Below, in pieces: positions 13,208-24,957 of a stretch of DNA of 64,000 nt. The DNA lies in NCBI GenBank assembly GCA_013265495.1, contig MU058650.1, positions 771,394-835,393 of the forward strand, written 5' to 3'. The position numbers and the translations under genes were made by a program. A model generated the notes under the pieces. That model saw only the letters and a program-made list of their open reading frames with translations, was not told where the DNA came from and ran no database searches. Origin of the DNA: Vicugna vicugna (lineage: Eukaryota). Each line of letters starts with the position of its first letter. Within the stretch, counting starts at the first letter, position 1.

Positions 13208-14479
13208 TCGGAAAAGAGAAGGAATCACTGATGTTGAAGGAGAGAATTAAGAAAAACTCATCTTAAACACTGAAAGTGAAAGTGAATGTTTCTGATGCTG
13301 TAAGAAGCTTCAGAGATTTGACTGATCAGTAACCAAAACCCAGGACAGTTTCTAACTCCACATTCTTTTACTATCTAAGCAAATAAAAATAAATTTTAAT
13401 GCTAGCTTTAACAGACAACTGGCAATGTTTTCTTTTCCTTAGATTTATTTCCATGTCAAAAGTCCTGGGAACATTGTAAGTAATCTCTGCCATCCCTGCT
13501 TTGCTATATAGATAATTTAACATCAAACTATTGAGAAGCACAGGGAAAGTGCTTTTTTTCATTTTAGTTTGTATAACACCTTTTTTTTTTAAAGCAAATC
13601 TGTACTGGACTATTTTAAGTTTACTTTTCCAGTGTTTCCATCTTAACTTGCATATATATTATGCCAGGAGGCATAAATATCCTGACCCCTCCTGAAGTCT
13701 TTGATGGGAGAGGGACAACGACAGGAATTACAGACACAACTCAAGAGTATTTCCCAGTATGGCACTGGCTTATGTGTAACTCAATGTATTTGATATTCAA
13801 ATTAAGGCACCGATTACAGAAAAATGTTTCTTTTTTTATAAAGGTGCTATTAATATTTTGGTATAGTTTTACTCAGGAAACATGTAACAGGAACTATATT
13901 CTAATCATGCTGTTTGTTAAGCATTTGAACTTCCAAAAATATCGTCACTATTTCTGAAATTTAAAAGCATATATATTCAAGCCTTGATTCTGTATGTTAC
14001 AAATTAACCACGCGTTCCAGGCAACCTGACTCATCGTCTGACAGTCCTTATGACCACACCTCTTCCATCTGATAAAGCCTGAATGACAATTTCTCTGTAG
14101 CTCAATGTGGTGACTACTACGAAATTTTTTCAAAGTGGTGTCTACTAGAACAAAATAGAGAAGGTTTACAATAAAAAGAATAATGACAAGAGATGAAAGA
14201 CTGTGCTTGCTTTTAAAATAACATTGTTGCACAATCAAAACAAAAGGCATTAATGAGAACAACAGAATACATCTGTTTATTGTCTGGGCAGCTTAGTGTA
14301 ATAGTGAAAAAGGAATTTTTATACTCAAGTCTCAAGTATGTGATTCTAGATATAAACTTTGCTGAATGCTATTATGTGCTAAGGAGTATACAATAAATAG
14401 TTAAGATTCAATGGTGATGTCTCAAGAGGTCGATTTGGGAGCTGCTTGCCAAATACTGACAGAACAGGGACACTGGCTC

Positions 14480-15340
14480 AGTATCTTAACTAGAAATTAG
14501 AAACTGAGAATTAAAAAACAAAAAAAGATGCAATGGTGAGCAAAAGAAAACATGATTCCACTAATACGGAACTTACAGAGCAGTGGAAACAACTGGCATT
14601 ATCTAAAGGATTGCTCAGTAAAAAAGGCAAGTGAGGACTGTGATGACCACGTCAGATCCTAACGGAAGGGATGGAGTCAGGGAGGTGAAAAGCATTTCCC
14701 TAAGAGTAATGATAAAAGTGAGGTATATATGAATAGGAACAGGCAACCTGATGGCAAGGGGCCAGGTTGGCAAAACACAGCAGAAATAGCATATGCAAAA
14801 GAGTCCACGGTGGGAGAAAGCACAGCATGTTTGAGGATGTGAATGGAAGCCGTCATAGCTGGAACGGAGGAAGCAAAGCAAGAGAGCGAGATCTGAGATG
14901 AGGCTGGAGAGGTAGGAACTAGGCCTTCAAAGCCGTGTTAGGCCATGTTAAAGAATCTGGTATTTAACCTAACAGCAACCAAATGCCATTTGAAATGTTG
15001 TCACATAGAAGCCAAAGGATCAGATACACATTTTGAGGGGAAAAAAAATTACTCAGCCTTCATAAAGGTAGCTAAGAACTGGTAGAAGCTAAGAAGGAAT
15101 GCCAGCAGGCCAGTTAGAACGCACCCTCATGGTCCGGGCTAGAACGATGTCAGCAATGGGAATGAAGCAAAGCAGACTGGTCAGGAGTAGTGGGAGGACA
15201 CGACAGGCTAACAGATCTGATGTGCAAAATGAGGGAGAGAAAGGTCGCGCTTAGGACGACTAGCTTTCTGACCAAGGTAGATAGTAGCCCTCGTGCTGAT
15301 AAAGGCAAAACTGAAAATGAACTGGGCTCAGGAATCACAG
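14480..15340 (-). mobile_element. LINE-2 fragment
   Basis: Purine-rich antisense L2 signature (gagatgaggctggagaggtagg, ggccatgttaaagaatctgg, cacagcatgtttgagg). Confidence 0.6.
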
Positions 15341-15496
15341 GCAAGCTACTGAGTATCTCCGAGCAGCACTTTTTGTTTATTAAATGAGGTGAATAATATC
15401 AGTGCTGCCAGGTAATTATAAGCATCAGCGTATGTACAGAGCCTGACAAGTCCTCAAAAACCAGTAGCTACTATTCTCTTCTGGATTCTCGCAGAG

Positions 15497-15714
15497 CAGG
15501 GTTCTCAACCGGGGGCGACTTCTCTTACGAGGGGACACTTGGCAACGTCTGAGACATTTTTGGCTGTCACAGTGTGGCGGGCATAGATGCTACCGGCATC
15601 TACTGGGTAGAGGCCAGGAATGCCGCTAAACACTCTACAATAAGCAAACAATCCTCCTAAAGCAAAGAGCTAGCCAGCCTAAACCGGCAGTCACGTCAAG
15701 GCTGAGGAACCCTG
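15497..15714 (+). mobile_element. MER20 (hAT-Charlie MITE)
   Basis: TIRs cagggttctcaacc...gctgaggaaccctg; internal ggcatctactgggtagaggccaggaatgccgctaaaca; degenerate 8-bp TSD tcgcagag/ttccagag. Confidence 0.85.
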
Positions 15715-16464
15715 TTCCAGAGGAATTATGATTACATGATTGCAGGGAGTACAGTTACTCTGTATTCATTAATGATAACCGCCGCCCACATAAACTGGGC
15801 AGTTAAATTCAATTATCACTTAGATTCTGAGTAATCAAGCAAGTAGTTTTGAAATTCAAGGCTGGAATTTCCAATGTTAGTGAATTGATAGCCTAAATAC
15901 TGAGCATACAAAAATGTTAAATGTCTTCTAGCCATGAAAGCTAATTTGTTTTCCATTTTGATGTTTAAATTAAAACAAGAACCTGGACTATAATAAACTG
16001 CCATCTTATAAAAAATCAGATACTGAGAAAAACTCTATGAAAACCAAAAACTTACTTAAAGCATAATTTTGAAAAAACAATGGTTTGCAATAAATGCATT
16101 TAATTAGTATTGTATTATTATATAGGGATTATCAACAAGGAAAAACAGACTGCATTCTAATTTTCACAAAAGTATTTCAAGTTTTATGACAATTATTTAA
16201 TGAAAATTTTGATCAAAACTGTAAAACAACCCTTCAAACACCAAGCCCTCAAATTTGTTGGAGAAAGATGAATTAGCTAATAAAATATAAATTTCATACA
16301 ATTCTGGACTCTCTTTTTCTTTAAAAAATAAAAATGAATAGTTAAACTACTGAACCAGTATACTCAATTACCAGCCATTTTAAGCTTAACAGGTCAAAAT
16401 CTGAGAGAACTGCCTATACTTGTCAAAAAAATCTCACCATGGTCAAGAATCAGGATCTGACCAC

Positions 16465-17220
16465 ATTGAGATACCAATGCACATCCATTAGGACAGCTGC
16501 CGTCAAAAAGAAAAGAACAAAACAAAACAAAACAGAAAATAAGTATTGGTGAGAATATGAAGAAATTGGAAACCTCATGCATTGCTCGCGGAAATGTAAA
16601 ATGGTGCAGTCACTGCGCAGAACAGTTTGGTGGCTTCTCAGAGAGTCAAACAAAGAATTACCATACGATCCAGTAATTTCACATCTAGATAGATACTCAG
16701 GAAAATTGTAAGCATGGACTTAAGAAGATACTTGTACACCAGTGTTCATAGCAGCACTATTCATAAGAGTCAACAGGTGAAAACAACCCAAACTGCCATC
16801 AAGAGATGAATGAATTTCTTTAAATATACAATGGGGTGTTACTTGGCCTTAACAAATGAAATTCTGACACATGCCACAGCATGGATGAACCTTGAAATGG
16901 TATACTAAGTGAAATAACTCAGACACAAGAAGACAAATACTGTATGATTCCACGTATATGAGGTACCTAGAATAGGCAAATTCATGGAGACAGTAACAGA
17001 ATACAGGTTACCAGGGGCTAAGGGAGATACAGCAGTGGGACAGGGAGTTACTGCTGCATGGTTACAGAGTTTCCGTTTGGGATAATGAAACACTTTTGGA
17101 AATGAACAGCAGTGATGGCTGAACAACACTGTGACTGCACTTAATGTCACTGAATCATACATTTTTTAAATGATTACAGTGTTAAATTTTATGTCATGTA
17201 TATTTTATAACAAAAAAAGA
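16465..17220 (+). mobile_element. L1 (L1MB-like) ORF2 C-terminus and 3' UTR
   Basis: gaattaccatacgatccagtaatttcac, gttcatagcagcactattca, catggatgaaccttgaaa, ending aaattttatgtcatgtatattttataacaaaaaaa. Confidence 0.85.
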
Positions 17221-19282
17221 AAGAAATGGGATCTAAACTAAAAAATGGTAAGTAAATTACTTTTCAGGTGTTCCCACCCCTAAGTGATGTTGAGAAAAAC
17301 AAAAACTGTTTTCTTAAGCATTTTGGACTGTATTCAAGCCTACATCTTTTAGGAAATGAACAAACCAAAGCAAAACTCATTTCATTCAGTTCCATGGAAA
17401 AGCAAAATATCACTTCTATCTTTTTAAGACACTCAAATATCAAATTTTCCATAGAGGATGTCACAGGAAAATATACATGATTTCACACTCTTGAATTAGC
17501 CTTTCAATCCAGAGCAAATTCTCCCCACATCAAAGCCTGTGAAATGGAAATGGCTACCATGAGAACTGAAACAAACAAAAGAGGTGACAATTTCAACATT
17601 CCTTACCTTCTTCTAATCACGCCATTAAGAAAGGTACGTCACTTAATCTCTCAAGATGTATTAATATTACAGTTTACTAAAAATTTAAAAATGAAGGATT
17701 TAGGCTCTAGTGTGTATTATGGAAATATATGTATTTTAAAGACTACTTCCATCAGAAAATATAGCAAGTCTTAAAGTCACAAACTCAGAAAAAATAAAAC
17801 TATCACTAGAAGGACAAGCATCTTTTATTAGACAATAAAATCTTTTTTTTTTTAACAATTTAAGGTAAGGCCCTAATTACTTTGAGTCTTTCGCTTCCTA
17901 TTCTTCTCTTGTACCTTCCATCTTCTCCCCTCCAGTCCATTTTCTTTATGCACTATCAGTACAAAAAAATAAAATTACTGTCTATGGTGCTAACAAAATT
18001 GAGGAAAGATTTACATAGATCTCATGAAGATGTGCCTAAGTTTACATTGCCAAGGAAACACTGACGTCTTAAATTTTAAATGGAAGAGTTTGTATTTAAA
18101 GAATGTTGGAGTTAACAGAACGTATTTTAAGAAAAAGCAAAGTACTTACTCTCAAATATCAATAAAGAAAAACATGAAAATTGTACAAATTTAGGCAACA
18201 GTCAACAACTATCCATTAACCCGAGAATCCAAAAGGCAATGCTGTTTAATGAAAAAAGCTGGACTAAGAGTTAAAAGTTGAGGCTTCTAGTGCAGCTTTT
18301 GTGACTGATTAGCTACGGAAACTTAGAAAAGATATTAAGCCTTGCATAAGCCATTTAATCCTCTTAGAGTCTTAGTTTCCTCATCAGTAAAATGTGGAAG
18401 GTTAAGCAAGATCAGTAAGTTCCCTCCCTGAAATGGAATATTCTTTAGTGCTATGATTTCAAAGGAAGAAACTTCCGAAAAGAACTATACACTTATTATC
18501 TTCTAAGAAATCAGAACACACTGCAATCTATACTCTAAGACACATATACGCAGCACGATAATAGATGCAGAAATCTTTCTGTCAGGATATTGTTCCCTTT
18601 TTTCATTAATTATGTAGTAAACATTCAGAAAAAAAAGTTTCAGTACAGAAAGTATTACAAGGCCAAAAACCATAATTCCTCTATCCAAATACAAAAATAT
18701 AATCAAGTTTATGTTTGGCATACCTTTCTTAACTCAGTTAAAAAAAGAGATGCTATCAAAGATTTAATGCTAAAATACAACTAGAAAGAAAGTAATCTGA
18801 ATTTCAGAATTTTTAAAAAAGGATAGACATTAATACATAATACGACAATAATAAATAATTACCCAACAGGGCAGAACCGAGTACTGGCTAGAAGTAGCAT
18901 CCGAGTGGCTAGCCCACCTGAGACGCTTCCTGTCTCGCCACTTCAGCTTGGGACAACCGGGACAACTTTTGCTCTCGAAAGACTTTCCACTTGTCCTTCA
19001 CAATAATTTGCATATCCTTAACTACTATCTTTATTTTTCAAATGATTTATTGAACGCTTTTTTCTCACTAGGCTGCAAACTGCTTAAAGGCAGGCATCAT
19101 GTCTTCCTTGTGCGCCCACAGCACAGCACACACTGAAGGCGATCATTTAACAACGTGTTAACTGAATAAACAAGCAGGATCTTTCAATCCAGAGCCTCTT
19201 AAGACCCACTGTCCTAAGTAAGGGAAGAACCTAAACTCAAAGACAACTGCCATGGAAACATGCATCATTTAGGAACCGACGC

Positions 19283-19483
19283 CAGGGGCTGACAGACCAC
19301 AGACCACAGCCAGCCCAAATCAGGCCATTTTTGTAAGTGAAGCTTTGTGGGACTATCGCCACACCCACTAATTTACCTATTGCCTACAACGGCTTTTGTA
19401 GCACAATCGCAGAGCTCCTTCGCAACAGAAAACTGAAAATACTTACTATCTTGCCCTCTACAGAAAAAGTTTACCAACCTCTA
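19283..19483 (+). mobile_element. MER58A-like hAT-Charlie MITE
   Basis: caggggctgacagac...ctgaaaatacttactatcttgccctctacagaaaaagtttaccaacctct. Confidence 0.7.
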
Positions 19484-19654
19484 TCCCAGACTAATGCCTT
19501 TCACCTAATAAAAGAAGAAACACAGAGTAATGAGATTTTGTGGTCTCTTCATGAAAACACTTAACACATCTGAACTGTACACCAATGACACCACTATCTC
19601 TAAAAATGCAGTAACGGCTACGTTAGTTCATAAACTTTCAAGAGTGAAGGGCAA

Positions 19655-20045
19655 GAATGTTTATCATGAATGGTGTTGAATTTTATAAATGCTTTTACTG
19701 TACCTACTGCAATGATCTTGTGGATCTTGTTTTACAATCTATTGACATGATGTATGACTTAAGTGATTTTGGAAGCTAATCAATCTTGCATTTCTGGGAT
19801 GTATCTTCAGCCAACAATTAATAAAGAGAAACTTTTTCAACTTGATAATGAACATCTACAAAAAACTTACAGATAACATAATACTTAATAATGAGAACTA
19901 GATACTTGCGTCCTAAAATCGAGAACCAGGCAAAAATACCCTTTCTTACAACTCCTGTTCAGTGTCGTACTGAAACTCATAGCTAATTCAAAAAGACAAG
20001 AAAAAGAGATGAAAGGCAGAAAGACGGTACATGAAAAATAAAGTA
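19655..20045. mobile_element. L1 ORF2 reverse-transcriptase fragment with internal inversion (minus 19655-19800, plus 19804-20045)
   Basis: The antisense piece covers the IPGMQGWFN...ISIDAEKAFDKIQHPFMI-like stretch; the sense piece continues with the GNFLNLIKGIY...LLFNIVLE-like stretch. Confidence 0.7.
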
Positions 20046-20961
20046 CAAAATAGTGTGGGGGAAAAAAAAAAGGAGTGAAGGGATTAAGAACACTCACTAA
20101 AAGAAACGTCAACACTCCCAACACTGTTTCGATGAGCTTCTAGCACTGCTTCAAATTTTTAGCAGATATGATTTTAATTGTTACAGATACAAAACAAGTT
20201 GCTACAATGCTATGGTTAATTATTAGCCATGATGTACAAAAATTACAATGTCAAATCAGCATTTCTATAGTAACCTGCAAGGCCATTAGCTCTACTGGCA
20301 TATAGGTAGGGACTGGCATGACTTCATGTATTTTCTTAAAAGTTTTTCTTTTTCTATGAGAAATGATCTAATATGATTCAAGTCAATCACTCACAAACTA
20401 ATCTTCAGCCAAAAAAAAAACCAAAAACAAAAAAGACATGAAAAAGTCAAAACAATTGACTGCAGAAGGGGAAATGGAATGGCACTTACTGCATTTCTTT
20501 AGCTGTTACAACCAAATTAACAGTCCATTAAATAATAAAAAGAGAATAACTTCTCTGAGTAAAAACAACACCCTTGTCAAAAGTTTAACTACAGCAAATT
20601 TGACAGTACATAAATTGGTCAATCAATACTTTTTTCAAAAATCTGGATTTTTTTATGTATCAGTTGTACACTCAAAAGTTTGTCCAGTTTGTAGGTTTAC
20701 TTACTGCTATCAATTCTGGCTGATTCCTGCCAAAAAATATTAGATAATATCTAAAGCATATTTTTAAAACAGTAACTATTTATTTATGAATAGTGTAAAA
20801 ATGTAGAGGAAAAAACATTTATTGAGTGCCTCCTGTCTATCCTAGAAGACATTTTATAAATGTATTTAATAAGGATAACTTCATTTGACTATTTAATCCA
20901 AAATATGTCACTGTATAAAACTGGAATGTTATTTTGTATGTCAGAAATCTCTGTTGTAAGA

Positions 20962-21159
20962 GGGGCTTCAAGATGGCGGGATGGAAAGACATGGAGCTCA
21001 CCCTGTCCTATGAACATCAAAAACGTATCTACATGTGGAAAGATTCTCACAGAATACCTACAGAGCCCTGGCAGGAGACTTGTACAACTGGAACTACAAG
21101 GAAAATCTTCATGAAACCAGGCAAGAGAAAAAGAAAGAAAAAAGAAATCAGGGGGGACC
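20962..21159 (+). mobile_element. L1 5' terminus fragment
   Basis: Starts ggggcttcaagatggcgg (YY1-type caagatggcg L1 start motif), then gacatggagctcacc...aacatcaaaaacgtatctacatgtggaa. Confidence 0.7.
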
Positions 21160-21605
21160 ATCTTTGGTCTATTGTGTGTTCAGGAGCATGTTACTTAATT
21201 AAGGCTTATCTTGTGACCTAACATATGATCTATCCTGGAGAAGGTTCGATGTGCACTTGAGAAAAATATATATTGTATGTTTCTGTTGGATAAAATGTCC
21301 TGTATGTATCTACTAGGTCCATGTGGACTGAAGTGTAGTTCCAGACCATTGTTTCCTTATTGCCTTTCTATCTGGATGATGTGTCCAGATGAAAGTGGAG
21401 GATGGAAGTCCTCTAGTTTTACCATGTTATTGTCTATCGCTCTCTCCAGACCTGTTAGTATTTGCCCAATATACTTAGGTGCTAGGATATTAGGTGCATA
21501 TATGTTTACAATCACTATTTCCTTTTGATGAATTGACTCTTTTATCATTACATAATGACCCCTTTTTGTCTCCAGTTATAGTTTTTGGCTTAGTCTGTTT
21601 TGTGT
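21160..21605 (-). mobile_element. L1 ORF2 endonuclease fragment
   Basis: ORF 21357-21548 MIKESIHQKEIVIVNIYAPNILAPKYIGQIL...EDFHPPLS is the L1 APE-like endonuclease (NIYAPN, GDFNTPLS motifs). Confidence 0.85.
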
Positions 21606-21711
21606 AATACAACTAAAAGTCTAAACGGTATTCAGTAAAAAGGCTCCCTTCTGTCCTTCAGATACCTGGGTTCAAATTCCCACCAACAAAAAGTAACCAA
21701 TGGTGTCATAA

Positions 21712-21910
21712 TCAAAGACGTGCAATTTTTCTGTAAAGTGCCAGACAGCAAATATTTTCAGCTTTGTAGGCTATAAAGTCTGTCAGCTCGGCAGTTATAA
21801 AGTGGAGACAGCCTTGGACGACATGTAAATGGAAGTACATAGTTGTCCAATACAATTTTATTTGTAAATATAGGCAGTAAGCTGAATTTTTCCAGTGGGG
21901 TCAAACCCTG
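21712..21910 (-). mobile_element. MER58A-like hAT-Charlie MITE
   Basis: ttttctgtaaagtgccagacagcaaatattttcagctttgtaggc...ccaatacaattttatttg...aaccctg. Confidence 0.65.
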
Positions 21911-22535
21911 TTATGGAGCTAAGTTTTAAATATGTCTTTTTCATAAAAAATGTTAATGGTAGTGCTTGAAAGGAACTGTGATGGAAGGGCTTCGCAGCAA
22001 GGATGCTATTTGAAGTAAAACTTCGTCCTTCTACTGTGAAATATTGATATACATCTTCAAAAAATTATTAAACGTTCATATAAATAGACCAGAGATTACC
22101 CCAGATGCCTTCTCTATAACCTATAGAATATTACTCCAAATGTACACGTGATGGCATAATATGAAGAACCAGAGGAACATCGAGACAAAACAGACTGGTA
22201 ACCTACCGAGCAGCACGTTGTCAACATTAAAGTCTGGCCCCAATGTTTTCTTTAAATGGTAGGCCAAATATATAATTAACATTTTCATGAAATACATTTA
22301 CAAAAATAATAAACCAGGGTTCTTATTTTTAAAAAAACGAAATCCCCAAAATATACTGCCCAATTAAATCAATTTCAAAATGCATGTTTCCAATATGTTT
22401 TACAAAGGGTTTAACTTAATAAAACAAATCACAATCAGAAAAAAAAAAAACAGCTCTCTTTGAAAAGTAGATCACTGAAGACTGAGTAACAACCAGCTTC
22501 TCAAAATTCAGAAGTATTCTAGGAATATATCTTAC

Positions 22536-22673
22536 CTTAGATGCCATTCTCATAAAAAGTTTGTTTTGATTTTCTGCTGTCCCCATCTTTTCGTTCTTGA
22601 CTAAATCATTTAGGCTTAGATTATCATCATCATGAAAGTATCTGACCCTTTCTTTTTCCTCGTGGGTTGAAGC
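22536..22673 (-). CDS. CWF19L2: CWF19L2 coding exon (~exon 12), [46 protein letters not shown]
   Basis: ttttgttgtag|GCT...AAG|gtaaga; 138 nt, phase 0-0. Not in the ORF track. Confidence 0.94.
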
Positions 22674-24224
22674 CTACAACAAAATGAACATTATCAGTTT
22701 AGTGAAAACATGAGTCTCCGAAGTATTTTAATGAATTACCTATAAATCTGATATTAAATGTAAAGACCCCATTATGTATCACAATCTTTCTTTCCAGTTT
22801 GTCCCTATTCTTTCTGCTTCCAAGTGGAGAATGTCCATTAGAGTAACACTCCCCACCTCTTCTGCCCCTTTACCCTTCTCTTCCCCGGCATGACAGTATC
22901 TGATTTCTGAGTTTTGGGGCAAAACTGCTTTATGCCTTCTTCTCTTCCCTGCTTGTTTCCTCCTTGTAGAAAAATTCCCTGCCACTGGGGAGGGAATACA
23001 GCAGGTATCCAGAGGTCGGGTAAACATATCAAAAATAGAAGTTAAGTATTAGCAAATCTACTTCAGACAGTTCTATCAGAAACGAAATTGATGTTCTGAT
23101 TCTCATCTAAATCAATCCTGGGTTTTCCTATCAGTTGCTTCCATATCTACATGTGAACAGTATTTATTTCCTGCCAAAGCAAGTCTCCCCAACACTGTTC
23201 TCACATTCCCTTATCCAGATAAAACTTGCCCTTCATTTCTTTGTGATCTTTGGAACCATGTTCCCAGTATTTTTTCCCAACATCACTGTTCCTGTCTTCA
23301 CTAGCTTAAACCTCACATTCCATGACTTCAGTCACTCCCTGGCTCCAGACACCTCTCTGGCCCTCTTATCCTTTCATTACACTCAAAAAGCAAACCTCAT
23401 TCCTGAATCAATGTGTCTATCCTCTTTACTCGTATACCTGGATTACTCAGTAGTAAGCAATTCAAAAAGAGCACTCAACGCCATCTGGCAGTGCAGCTGT
23501 GACTCCCCAGCCAGCTCTGTCATTTCATACAGCCCAGACCTTTACTGTTCCCCTGCCCCATCTCCCCTCCAAACCCCTAAGAGCTCCCATTTCATTAGAA
23601 GAGGTATCTACCCCACTTCTATTTGCTGAACAGATCAGTTACCATCTCTAACAGCACAGGCACTCAACAGGCAGATAATACACACTTGACAGAAAAATTC
23701 TAAATGAACAAATCTTCTGTGAACCCAATTACCGCTTGTATGATCTTGCAAATTTAAAACAAAAAACCTAACTTGGGAAAACTGAGTATGTTGTTTTTCC
23801 CATTTTAAGAGCCTCAAGGTAGTGCTAAAAACTAACTACTGCAGCTGGAAGATGGAAAAGAAAATTAGGTTTATAAAGGACCACAGCAACTACATAATTA
23901 AGACACTGCTGTATACGGATACCCTATCACCAAGTCTCAAATTTCCTAACACAGATAACAGGTCTGTGACACCAAGGTTTTCCCTAGGAGCTACGATAAG
24001 TATGTGAAAACAAAAAAAAAGCTAGAAACAACATCAAAGAAATAGACACTAAAATTAAAATTGCCTTAAATATTCAATGTTCACAATTATTTGAAAACTG
24101 TAGTTGAATTAGATTTCATTTTGTAAAAGGCAAAGGGATGTAACTAAGAATAAAAGTAGTAACATTAATTACTACTTTCTAATGTTTTATGCTAAAGCTA
24201 CTTTTCAGAAAATATTCTGAAGTA

Positions 24225-24444
24225 CTGTTGACCTTTGAACAATGCAGAGATTTGGGGCACCAATCCCCATGCAGTTGAAAATCTGAGTGTAAATTCAGAG
24301 CCAGTCCCCCACATCTAGCGCTCAACAACCACAAATTCAAACCACCGCAGACTGCGTAGCACCACAGTATGTAACTCAATGACAAAATTCCATCCTGTGA
24401 GCAGATCTGTGCAGCTCAAATTCATGTTGTTCAAGGGTCAGCTG
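24225..24444. mobile_element. MER8-like Tigger MITE
   Basis: TIRs ctgttgacctttgaacaa / ttgttcaagggtcagctg, preceded by TA. Confidence 0.8.
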
Positions 24445-24521
24445 CTGTCTGATGCAAAGAAAGCCCGAAGGGAAAGAAAGGATTTCTGAATTAATAAACA
24501 AAAGATGTATGTTAAACATAC

Positions 24522-24638
24522 AATCTGTCTCTTTCTTCTTCCTCCTTTGTATTCCAGATGTTTTCCTGGTGTAGTCACCGGCCACACTCTTCCAGACTGA
24601 TCTGTTCTGACAAGGACCACTTCTTGCTGGTCTTCACT
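24522..24638 (-). CDS. CWF19L2: CWF19L2 coding exon (~exon 11), [39 protein letters not shown]
   Basis: ctttccatag|AGT...ATT|gtatgt; 117 nt, phase 0-0. Confidence 0.93.
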
Positions 24639-24860
24639 CTATGGAAAGATTAGAGGTAACTTCTGAAATTGTTGAAAAGAGTACTGAATGCTTATATTTC
24701 TAACCCAAAAACATAAAAACGATTCTGCTTTCACATGATATTATGGATTATCTTAAGTCTCCTAGACTTTCATTATCCACTGTAACAGAAAGTCACCATA
24801 ATCTTTTCTGGGAAACAGTGGGAAAAAATATCCAAAGTTTATTTTATTTTTTTATAAGAA

Positions 24861-24957
24861 GGGAAGGGTATAACTCAAGTGGTAGAGCGCATGCTTAGCA
24901 TGCACGAGGTCCTGGGTTGGGTTCAATACCCAAGTACCTCCATTAAGATAAAAAAAA
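24861..24957 (+). mobile_element. tRNA-Ala-derived SINE (camelid Vic-1-like)
   Basis: gggaagggtataactcaagtggtagagcgcatgcttagcatgcacgaggtcctgggttgggttcaat: A box, AGC anticodon arm, B box with a gggtt duplication, then an A tail. Confidence 0.8.

Noticed and set aside
23135..23629. 164-aa plus-strand ORF
   Set aside because: Non-ATG start, pyrimidine-rich decayed L2-like intronic sequence, no homology I can recognise.
24861..24940. Possible tRNA-Ala(AGC) gene (also at 40911-40975)
   Set aside because: The tRNA-like head has a disrupted T arm or acceptor region and is followed by an A-rich tail, with a clear TSD at the second copy: SINEs, not tRNA genes.
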